Of a stretch of 64,000 nucleotides of DNA, positions 8,041 through 16,151 are shown one piece after another. The first letter of the stretch is position 1. Every line of letters begins with the position of its first letter. Position numbers and translations under genes: made by a program. Location of the stretch: assembly GCA_009839485.1 (NCBI GenBank), contig VXPQ01000001.1, positions 34,711 to 98,710 on the forward strand, in the 5' to 3' direction. The DNA is from Bacteroidetes bacterium SB0662_bin_6. GTDB lineage: Bacteria; Bacteroidota; Rhodothermia; Rhodothermales; VXPQ01. The notes under the pieces are model-generated. The model searched no databases and was not told the origin of the DNA. It worked only from the letters and a program-made list of their open reading frames with translations.

Positions 8041-9759
8041 CTATAAGGCGCCTGCGTTGCGGAGTCCGACAATATGATCCGCCGTGCGCCATGCCAACGC
8101 CAGAATGGTCCATGTCGTGTTTTTGTGCGCCTGGGACACGAACGGTGCTCCATCCGTTACAAAGACGTTCCTTGCATCGTGCGCCTGGCACCATGCATTG
8201 AGCGGGGCCTTTGCCGGATCGTCTCCCATACGCACCGTGCCCACTTCATGGATGATCTGCCCCGGAGCCAGAATGCCGTACCCCTCTTCTCTGGACGGCA
8301 TGGGCGTCAGCACTTCACCCCCCATCGCTTCCACAAGGCTGCGGCTCGCCTCCTGGGCATGTTTAATCTGCAGATACTCTTCGTCGCTCCAGCGCACATG
8401 GAAACGAAGCACGGGGATGCCGTACTTGTCCACCACATCAGGGTCGATTTCGCAATAGTTTTCGTACCGCGCGATCATCTCGCCCCGGGCAGAGAAACCC
8501 ACTACGGACCCGTACAAATCCCGGTAATCCTGCTTGAGTTGCATTCCATAGCCGCCCCCGCCCCGGGGACGATCTTCGAACAGGTTATTGACTGTGTGAA
8601 TGCCGCCCATGAAGCCATAGCCGGGCTGCTGGCGTCCTCCCCATATCTCGAGATGGTATCCGCGGGCAAAATCGCGCTGCTGGTCATACCCGAACCAGGG
8701 AATGTAGATGTGCGCCCCGCCGACGCCGTCTTCATTGTACGGCATACGCCCCACAAGCTGAGGAAAGATGCCTGCCACGCTGGCGCCCGTGGAATCCATG
8801 AGATACCGCCCTACGGCGCCGCTTGAATTGGCGAGGCCGGCCGGGTGCCGGGGCGATGTCGAATTCAGAAGCAACCGGGCCGTTTCGCATGCGCTGGCCG
8901 CCAGCACCACGGTGCGCGCACGGACGGTGTATTCCTGCATGTCGTTCCGGTTAACGTACGACACGCCGGTGGCCAGCCCCTCCTGATCCGTGGTGATCTC
9001 CCGCGCCATGGCATGGTCCACAATGGTCAACCGCCCTGTACCCAGAGCCGGAGACAACAACACCGTCGGCGAGGAAAAATTCGAACCCGTGGCGCAGCCG
9101 CGGCCGCATTGCGCACAGAAGTGACAAGCAGGTCGGCCATTGTGCGTTTTTGTCAGGATAGAAAGGCGGTTCGCCAGAACAGGGATACCCATCTTCGCCG
9201 CCCCCTGCATCACGAGCAGTTCGTGCAAACGCGGCGCCGGAGGCGGCAAAAAGTCGCCGTCGGGCTCGTTGTAAAAACCGTCCCGGTTGCCGAAAATCCC
9301 GACGAGCCGATCCACTTTGTCGTACCACGGCGCAATGTCTTCATACCCTATGGGCCAGTCGTCTCCAAGGCCATCGAGACTGTATCCGCGAAAATCATCC
9401 GGACCGAACCGCAATGAAATGCGCCCCCAGTGGTTCGTACGACCGCCCAACATGCGCGCCCGGAACCAATCCCATTCCGTGCCGGGTGCGTGAGTGTACG
9501 GCTCGCCTTCGATTTCCCAGCCGCCGATGCACCCGTCGAATTCCCCGAACGGCTTCTCTTTCGAACGGGCTCCGCGCCTCGGCGAAGCATAGTTCCAGGT
9601 AAACATGTCGCCGTCCGTGGCCGCGCTCCACATCGGGCCGGCCTCCAGCATCACCACATTAGCGCCCGCCTCGGCGAGCACGTACGCCGCCATGCCCCCT
9701 CCGGCGCCTGAACCGACCACAGCAACATCGTAGATATCGGGGTTAAGGATATGTTTCAT
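8041..9759 (-). CDS. GMC-family FAD oxidoreductase (no own signal peptide)
   Basis: Internal ATG at 9759 gives MKHILNPDIYDVAVVGSGAGGGMAAYVLAEAG (FAD GxGxxG). C-terminal ..HEVGTVRMG.. and ..NVFVTDGAPF.. are GMC motifs. Confidence 0.85.
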   Translation of the reverse strand: MKHILNPDIYDVAVVGSGAGGGMAAYVLAEAGANVVMLEAGPMWSAATDGDMFTWNYASPRRGARSKEKPFGEFDGCIGGWEIEGEPYTHAPGTEWDWFRARMLGGRTNHWGRISLRFGPDDFRGYSLDGLGDDWPIGYEDIAPWYDKVDRLVGIFGNRDGFYNEPDGDFLPPPAPRLHELLVMQGAAKMGIPVLANRLSILTKTHNGRPACHFCAQCGRGCATGSNFSSPTVLLSPALGTGRLTIVDHAMAREITTDQEGLATGVSYVNRNDMQEYTVRARTVVLAASACETARLLLNSTSPRHPAGLANSSGAVGRYLMDSTGASVAGIFPQLVGRMPYNEDGVGGAHIYIPWFGYDQQRDFARGYHLEIWGGRQQPGYGFMGGIHTVNNLFEDRPRGGGGYGMQLKQDYRDLYGSVVGFSARGEMIARYENYCEIDPDVVDKYGIPVLRFHVRWSDEEYLQIKHAQEASRSLVEAMGGEVLTPMPSREEGYGILAPGQIIHEVGTVRMGDDPAKAPLNAWCQAHDARNVFVTDGAPFVSQAHKNTTWTILALAWRTADHIVGLRNAGAL

Positions 9760-9824
9760 ACGAATCGTAAACAGACCCAACGCAAAAACAGATCGGGCGG
9801 CGACCATACCGCCCGTCCAATTAA

Positions 9825-10070
9825 GGAATTTCTGATTAAATCCGCAAAGTTCAGAGGCTGCTTAAGCAATGATTGAGTCCTGGAGCGCGCAACAAGACCA
9901 TCCAACGCCGAACCGCAAAATCGCAACCGGGAAAAGGGACCTTGGGACGCGCATTCGAACAAAACATAGGGCCCGGGATATCCTGCAAACTCGCGGCCAA
10001 CCGCACGTTTATGTTTTGAGAGAATGCGCGTCCCAAGGTTCTCGCCCATGCGGATTTAATCAGAGGTTCC
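9825..10070 (+). repeat. MITE-like structured intergenic element, full copy A (22-nt terminal inverted repeats plus long internal hairpin)
   Basis: GGAATTTCTGATTAAATCCGCA (9825-9846) matches the reverse complement of TGCGGATTTAATCAGAGGTTCC (10049-10070) at 20/22. Internal 18-bp perfect stem 9939-9956 / 10022-10039 and 8-bp stem 9961-9968 / 10010-10017. Positions 9915-10071 recur at 49328-49484. Confidence 0.65.
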
Positions 10071-10081
10071 TCGGCGTATAG

Positions 10082-11161
10082 TTAACGGCGTTGGCCGCCG
10101 GGATACAACACGTTTCCGGTCTTTCCCCGGGCAAATCCCTCAATCCCCTGAAATATCTCGCTAATGCAGGGCACAGGGGGATTGTGACACTCCGGTGTGT
10201 CCGTGGCGAACAGCCCGGTGCATCTGGGCTGAAAATTATAGCCGGCCTCAAGACTCGTTTCCGTTGCAGGGGTCCATTCCCTGCCTATCCCCTCTCCGGC
10301 CCCGAAAAAACCGTAACCGTTCTTCACGTTAGAAAACGTACCCGGCACCGCAAGCAGATTCGCATCGAACACCCCGCCGGGCGGCGACCAGGACGAATCC
10401 GCAAGCAGGCCCGAGAATTCCATCTTCCGGAGCCATACGTAGGGGGCGCTTTCTTCGGGATCGGTAATCAGGCAATTGATTTGATAGGCCGCCCGAACGA
10501 TCTCAAAATCCCGCTCCATATCTATCGTGAAACGCCACCCCCCCGGGATGCGCTCGACTCGATCATCGTACGAAACAATCACCGGCAATTGCACAGCCGG
10601 GGCCACCGGCGTACCCTGCGGCCAGGCCTGGGGCGGCGGAACATTGATCGCATGGTACGTCACACGCAACCCGATGAGGTTCGGCACGTCGCCGTCGATA
10701 AAGACAGGAATGAGGACACTCGACTCGCCGGTTTCGAGGGTGAAATTTGCGGCGGGCGGCACGGTCACTTCAGCACTGGCCGTTTCCCCATCCGAGCGTA
10801 CCACCTCGAGCAGATAGCGCACCTCATGCTCCGGGCGGAACGGAGCCATGAAGAAATGTCCGGTGATCAGGCTGTCGAAATGCACGCGCTGATACGTCCA
10901 TTCGAGGCGCTCGCCCGTCGTGCGATTCGTGGAGAATACACGCGCATCGATCTTCCTATCCCGGTCGGGAATCAGTTGATCCGTAACTTCAAAGACCCGT
11001 ACATACTGGGTGTCGGCGGCGACATCCAGAAAGCCCCAGACCGTGAAGGGGATTTCGGTCCCGATAATCGCATCCACACTCTCCTCGCAACCGGTAGTCG
11101 CCAGCAGCAAGCCCGGCAACACTACCATGGCGAAAAGCCGGATAAACACCCTGTTTCGCAT
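10082..11161 (-). CDS. DUF4249-family lipoprotein (partner of the upstream TonB receptor)
   Basis: The track start at 11170 is TTG; the first ATG at 11161 gives MRNRVFIRLFAMVVLPGLLLATTGC (lipobox). C-terminal ..FSNVKNGYGFFGAG.. is characteristic of DUF4249. Confidence 0.7.
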   Translation of the reverse strand: MRNRVFIRLFAMVVLPGLLLATTGCEESVDAIIGTEIPFTVWGFLDVAADTQYVRVFEVTDQLIPDRDRKIDARVFSTNRTTGERLEWTYQRVHFDSLITGHFFMAPFRPEHEVRYLLEVVRSDGETASAEVTVPPAANFTLETGESSVLIPVFIDGDVPNLIGLRVTYHAINVPPPQAWPQGTPVAPAVQLPVIVSYDDRVERIPGGWRFTIDMERDFEIVRAAYQINCLITDPEESAPYVWLRKMEFSGLLADSSWSPPGGVFDANLLAVPGTFSNVKNGYGFFGAGEGIGREWTPATETSLEAGYNFQPRCTGLFATDTPECHNPPVPCISEIFQGIEGFARGKTGNVLYPGGQRR

Positions 11162-11179
11162 ATCATTCAAGGAAATATC

Positions 11180-13468
11180 CTAAAACGCGACCTTCAGGCC
11201 AACGATAGGCACAACAGGCAATTGATCGGTACGCTGGGCAGTAAGCAAATCCAGAGAAAAAAGATTCGCCCGGTCATAGGCGTTCATTACCCCGGCCTGC
11301 ACGGTCATTTCCACTCCCAGGGGCATATCGAACACCCGTTCCACGGTAACGTCCAGCCTGTGATAGGTCGGGAGCACCGCCCGATAGGGAATGCTCTCGT
11401 AGATAACACGGGGAAATCCCCGCACATTTCTGACGGCAACAGGACCGTCCATCAGCACGAATCCATCGAAACCCTCGACCGGCGTGAACGGCAATCCGGA
11501 CCCGAATTGCCACCGGGCGCTTATATCGAAACCGTACACGACCACCTTGCCCAGCACATTGATCTGGTGGCGCCGGTCGTGGGGCGGACGGAATCGCCCG
11601 GGATTCCTTACCGCCGGACTTTCCGGATCGATCTCGTACCGGGTGGAAGACAACCCGTAGTTCACAAACCCGTAAAAACGGGGCCGCCGCACTTCCATGC
11701 GCAGATCAAATCCGAATGCATCGCCATGGGCCTCCTGCAACCGTGTGGTGAAGCCGGGAAACGCAGTCCACTCCCCAATGAAGATGTTGTCCATGTTCTT
11801 GTAGAACCCCTCGATGGAGCATTCCAGCCAGGGGAACGGTTCCACCCGGTATCCAAGCAACGCATGCATGGAGCGCATGGCTTCGCTGGAGGGTGTTTGC
11901 ACCCAGGCGGTGAAAATATTGGTCGCGTCGCGGCGATCGCTCAGACCCACGGTCACCTGCCGGTAGATGCCCGCCGCCGCACTCCACTCATGGATACCGC
12001 GCTGCAGGCGCAGCCGTAACCGGGGTTCGAAATAATCGCCTGTGCTCCCCATCGTCTGGACGGTAAGCCCGGGCCGCACGTACAGCCCGCCGCCCGTGTA
12101 TATCTCGGGCTGGATATATGCGCCCACATTCGTAGGAGCGCCCCGGCCTACCGTGAGATTCTGAAACAGGCCGCCCAGCACGGTTTCCGTAAGCGGCGTA
12201 CGCAGGAAAAAGCCCCATTTGACTTCCGAGCTCCGGGCATAATTCGTCATATTGACGGCGAGGTTGAACTGCTCAAGGTCGGAGATCCGTGTCGGTTCCC
12301 CCCGGGGGCCGAAGGAACTTTCAAGACGTGAAACGGACACAAGCACCTCGCTCAGAATGGGAAGAATCCGAGGCGCTACAAGGTAGCGTACGCCGAGCGC
12401 CGTGTTACTCCAACTGACCTCATCGTCCCGCCGGAATACATCGTCCGTGGGGGTAAGCGTGCCGCGATCGAACGTCTTCAATCCCGTCACGGCAAGCTGC
12501 CGGTTCGGCCCCAGGCGCACATGTATTTTTCCGAATGCGTCATTGAACACATAGGGAAGCGCTGTGGACATGTACCTGGAGGCCAACTGGTCCAGCATCG
12601 AAAAACGGCCGGCGGCCAGAAAAGATATATAACCGGGAAGGATGGGGCCCTCGAGATGTCCTGCACTCGTGAACGGCGACAACGCCGCAGAAGCATTGAA
12701 TCCACGCTTGTTTCCGTTCCGAGAATGCACATCGATGACCGAGGATATTCTCCCCGAAAATTCACTTCCGAATCCGCCTGCGTACACATCGGCCCGGCTG
12801 ACGATTTCGGAAGAAAAGGCCGAATAAAAGCCCAGCACGTGAAAGGGCTGGTAAATCTCGATCCCGTCAAGCAGGGTCAGGTTTTGCGTAGGCTCACCGC
12901 CCCGGATGAACACTTGTCCACCCCGGTCTCCCATCAGCACTACGCTGGGAATCGTGGAAAGGTAGGAAACCAGATCGCCCGAAACGTCCGGCGAGGGAAT
13001 GAGATCGATATCCTCGGGGCGGATGGTTTGCTGTCCGGCGGTCACGCGCGCTGCGCCATCTTCACGCTCCGCCTCCACGGAAATGCCCTCCATCTCCACC
13101 GCATCTTCCCGGAGCACGATATTGACCAGTAAGCGATCGTCGGCCTGGATATCCAGCGTATCCACATACGTAACGAACCCGATAAAGGAAGCGCGGAGTA
13201 TGTATTGCCCGGGCGAGATGCGGCCTATGAGAAAAAATCCGTCCCCGTTGGAAACCGTTCCTGTCAACCCGCCGGTCATGTTATCGATCGACACATTGAC
13301 GCCCTGAAGCGATTCTCCACCCGGATCCGCCGTAACGAAACCGCGCACAGAAGCGGATTGCGCCCTAGCTTCAAGCAACAGCCCCGGAGCCGCCGCCATG
13401 ATGACATGCACCACAGCCACCAGTATCCACCGGCGAATATACCTGCTGTTCATGCCGCGTAACGTCAT
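11180..13468 (-). CDS. TonB-dependent receptor (~760 aa, CarboxypepD_reg-like N-domain)
   Basis: ATG at 13468 (or 13453) follows the upstream stop at 13480. VRGFVTAD..GVNVSI..TGTVSNGDGFFLI is the Cna/CarboxypepD_reg pattern. Plug segment ..QVFIRGGEPTQNL.. present. Ends ..VGLKVAF. Confidence 0.85.
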   Translation of the reverse strand: MTLRGMNSRYIRRWILVAVVHVIMAAAPGLLLEARAQSASVRGFVTADPGGESLQGVNVSIDNMTGGLTGTVSNGDGFFLIGRISPGQYILRASFIGFVTYVDTLDIQADDRLLVNIVLREDAVEMEGISVEAEREDGAARVTAGQQTIRPEDIDLIPSPDVSGDLVSYLSTIPSVVLMGDRGGQVFIRGGEPTQNLTLLDGIEIYQPFHVLGFYSAFSSEIVSRADVYAGGFGSEFSGRISSVIDVHSRNGNKRGFNASAALSPFTSAGHLEGPILPGYISFLAAGRFSMLDQLASRYMSTALPYVFNDAFGKIHVRLGPNRQLAVTGLKTFDRGTLTPTDDVFRRDDEVSWSNTALGVRYLVAPRILPILSEVLVSVSRLESSFGPRGEPTRISDLEQFNLAVNMTNYARSSEVKWGFFLRTPLTETVLGGLFQNLTVGRGAPTNVGAYIQPEIYTGGGLYVRPGLTVQTMGSTGDYFEPRLRLRLQRGIHEWSAAAGIYRQVTVGLSDRRDATNIFTAWVQTPSSEAMRSMHALLGYRVEPFPWLECSIEGFYKNMDNIFIGEWTAFPGFTTRLQEAHGDAFGFDLRMEVRRPRFYGFVNYGLSSTRYEIDPESPAVRNPGRFRPPHDRRHQINVLGKVVVYGFDISARWQFGSGLPFTPVEGFDGFVLMDGPVAVRNVRGFPRVIYESIPYRAVLPTYHRLDVTVERVFDMPLGVEMTVQAGVMNAYDRANLFSLDLLTAQRTDQLPVVPIVGLKVAF

Positions 13469-13479
13469 GATCGAAGGCT

Positions 13480-14769
13480 CTAAGGTTGGGAAGATCGTCC
13501 GGAGGACGAGAGGCTGGCCAACGAACTGCGCGCCATGCGATTGTCCGGTTCGATACGCAAGGCGGCTTCCCATGCCCGGCGCGCATTCTCCGGATCCCCG
13601 GACAACGCATACAAACTTCCCAGATTGATTAAAGCATGGGCATTCGTGGTATCCGCCTGCACCATCGTCTGAAACGATCGGATCGCGGAAAGGGTATCCC
13701 CCTGCAACAAATGCAGCACGGCCACATTGTTCCGAAAATCGAGATTACCGGGAGCCAGATACAGCGCCACGCTGTAGGCCTGCATGGCTTGGTCGTACCG
13801 GCGGGCTTTCCTCAGGGACGCCCCCAGTCTGGCATGCGCATACGGGTCCTCGGCATACGTTTGGGAGGCCGTCGTCAGGTTCGTAATTTCCGCCTGGAGC
13901 GCACGGAGTTCCTCGGCATATCGTTGAACCTCCTCTGCCTCTTCCGCATAACCAAGGCGCATCAGAACCTGGGCCATGTTGTAATGCGCGCCCTGATGCC
14001 AGGGCCATTCCCGGGCAACGGCTTCCAACGGAGCCAGCGCCTCCTCCCACCGCCCGAGTTTGACGAGAAAGGAAGCTGCATGGTACCGATATTCGTGGTT
14101 ATCGGGCGCATGACGGAGCGCACGCCGGGCGCTGCGGAGCGCCCCCTCGAAGTCTCCAAAGTCGTCCAGTAACAGGGCCACCCCGAAATGGGCCTGGGCA
14201 AAGGTGCTGTCGAGAGCAAGCGCCTGTCCGAAAGCATAGCGGGCGCTGTCCGCCTTGCCCAACTCGATATATGCGCGGGCAATGCCCAGCCAGGGACGCG
14301 GATCAGGGGCGATCTCCAGCTCGCGACGGTAGTATCCCACAGATTTCCCATACTCTTGCCGGAGCCAGGCCGTATTGCCCAGATTATTCCATACGCCAGG
14401 ATAGGCAGGGCGAATCGAAAGCGCTACCCGATACGCCGAATCCGCCTGGTCGGGTCTATGCAATCCGGCATAAATGCGGCCGCGCAAAAACGAAATGTCC
14501 GCAAGTTCCGGGGCCAAAGCGGCCACGCTGTCCGTAAAGGCAAAAGCCTGTGCAAAATCGTTCCGTTCCAGCGCTTCGCTGCTCAACCGGATAAAATGCG
14601 CGGCGGCGGGGGACATCGGCTGGGCGTCATTCGCCCCCTGCCCGTTCAGGGTTTCCTCCGGGCGCGGTTCGTTCGCGCATCCTCCTGCCCATAGCAGACA
14701 GCATACCACAGCAAGGCACGATGCAATCCACCGGCTGCGCGACGCACTCAAGGATACGATGCCTCGCAT
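13480..14769 (-). CDS. TPR-repeat lipoprotein
   Basis: The track start at 14793 is TTG; ATG at 14769 gives MRGIVSLSASRSRWIASCLAVVCCLLWAGGC. Repeated A/Y/L 34-residue TPR periodicity throughout. Confidence 0.8.
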   Translation of the reverse strand: MRGIVSLSASRSRWIASCLAVVCCLLWAGGCANEPRPEETLNGQGANDAQPMSPAAAHFIRLSSEALERNDFAQAFAFTDSVAALAPELADISFLRGRIYAGLHRPDQADSAYRVALSIRPAYPGVWNNLGNTAWLRQEYGKSVGYYRRELEIAPDPRPWLGIARAYIELGKADSARYAFGQALALDSTFAQAHFGVALLLDDFGDFEGALRSARRALRHAPDNHEYRYHAASFLVKLGRWEEALAPLEAVAREWPWHQGAHYNMAQVLMRLGYAEEAEEVQRYAEELRALQAEITNLTTASQTYAEDPYAHARLGASLRKARRYDQAMQAYSVALYLAPGNLDFRNNVAVLHLLQGDTLSAIRSFQTMVQADTTNAHALINLGSLYALSGDPENARRAWEAALRIEPDNRMARSSLASLSSSGRSSQP

Positions 14770-14905
14770 AATGTTATCTGTTCGCGGCGTCAAGTGCGGA
14801 TGATTCCCAGGAGATGAATGACCGTAGGGGGCGAAGCTGCATCGTTTCCGGATTTCCGGCGAGGTTCGGGGGTTAGACCCTCCGAACCCATTCGTGATTC
14901 CACAA

Positions 14906-15985
14906 TCAGGGGGGTTCTTCCATCGTCACTTCTTCCGCACGCTTCCGGGCAGCAGCGGCCCGGGAGGCGACCCGGGCCACCGCAAGCGCTTGTTGCTGTT
15001 CGGCGTGACGCCCGGCAAGAGCAAGCCAATTGGCGAGTGCACGCCACTTGGCCGGATCGTCGGGAGAATATGCGGCAGCGGCGCGGGCCAACCCGATCTG
15101 GCTATCCAGTTCCTGCAAAGCTTCCGTGGCGTCCACATGCCGCTGGCCTTCTTCCACATCACCAAGCGCAATCAGCGCACGGCCATAGTTGTACCGGAAA
15201 GCGGACTCATAGGGTTTCGCATACGCCGCACGTTCCAGCAAGGGAAGCGCATCCTCCGCATCGCCGGTTTTGAGCAATAACGCGCCGAGCCGGTATGCAA
15301 AGTCGGCATTTCCCCCATCATAATCCCATGCCCTGCGCGCATGGGGAAGCGCCTCTTCTGTCCGCCCCTCTTCATCGTACAACTCAGCCAGCCAGGCGTG
15401 GACCTGCGCATTGGTCGAATCATGCATAAGCGCCTCATCATATGCCCATGCCGCACTGTCGGGCAGGTGCAGCAATTCGTAGGTGCGGCCCGTCTGCGCC
15501 CATGCCTGGGACAACATGGCGGCATCCGTTCGCCGGTAAAACGCCCGGATATGCTCCGGCGAGGACAGGATAGCTTCCCGCTGAAGCCGGTACCGGCGGA
15601 TTGCCTCACTGTACTGACCCTCTTCAAACGCGACATGCCCGCGCCGAAACCAGCCGTCGCGCAGGTACGGATCCAGGGATACCGCTTGCGCAAAGGCTTC
15701 GTCGGCTAAAGCAAGCTGGTATGTATGCATCAGAAGGCTCCCCAGAAGCATGTGCGCCTCCGGCAGGTCGGGCGCCCGACTCAGCAGACTGTCCGCCAGT
15801 GCAAGAGTTTCCGTATACCGCCCTGCCTCTTCTTCTTCTCGCGCCTTCACAAGCAGACTTCGAACTTCTTCATCGGCCGCCTGCAGGCGTTCCGCTGGCG
15901 TCTGCGCCGGTTTCCCGCACCCTGCGAGCACCAGCAATGCAAACAAGCACCCTGTTACAGATATGATCGGGGAAGATTCGGGCAT
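14906..15985 (-). CDS. TPR-repeat lipoprotein
   Basis: MPESSPIISVTGCLFALLVLAGCGKP contains a lipobox. TPR periodicity is present. ATG verified. Confidence 0.8.
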   Translation of the reverse strand: MPESSPIISVTGCLFALLVLAGCGKPAQTPAERLQAADEEVRSLLVKAREEEEAGRYTETLALADSLLSRAPDLPEAHMLLGSLLMHTYQLALADEAFAQAVSLDPYLRDGWFRRGHVAFEEGQYSEAIRRYRLQREAILSSPEHIRAFYRRTDAAMLSQAWAQTGRTYELLHLPDSAAWAYDEALMHDSTNAQVHAWLAELYDEEGRTEEALPHARRAWDYDGGNADFAYRLGALLLKTGDAEDALPLLERAAYAKPYESAFRYNYGRALIALGDVEEGQRHVDATEALQELDSQIGLARAAAAYSPDDPAKWRALANWLALAGRHAEQQQALAVARVASRAAAARKRAEEVTMEEPP

Positions 15986-16151
15986 AACGAATGGACTCGC
16001 GGGAACGATCCTCTGTGGGATATCCCTGCAGACAGGGATCCTGTCAAAATAAGGGCATTACATCGAACACCTTGCTGTTGTGTATGTATGAGCGCAATCT
16101 CTCACACTCTGCGTTTGCTGGAAGCGTCTCTGGAGTATACATACCGGGGTG

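Noticed and set aside
9756-10081. Small ORFs conserved in both copies of the repeat element (for example ..RDLGTRIRTKHRARDILQTRGQPHVYVLRE.. on plus, ..LGTR.LSKHKRAVGR.FAGYPGPYVLFECASQGP.. on minus).
   Set aside because: They are conserved only because the DNA is 150/157 identical. They lie inside an 18-bp perfect hairpin, are open on both strands, and lack ribosome-binding context. The nucleotide-level element is the simpler explanation.
15986-16151. Palindromic GGGATATCCC and partial inverted repeats in the 166-nt gap between a CRTAC1 and a TPR gene.
   Set aside because: The palindrome is short and the flanking arms pair only partially. No second copy or T-run was seen, so there is not enough evidence for a terminator or operator.
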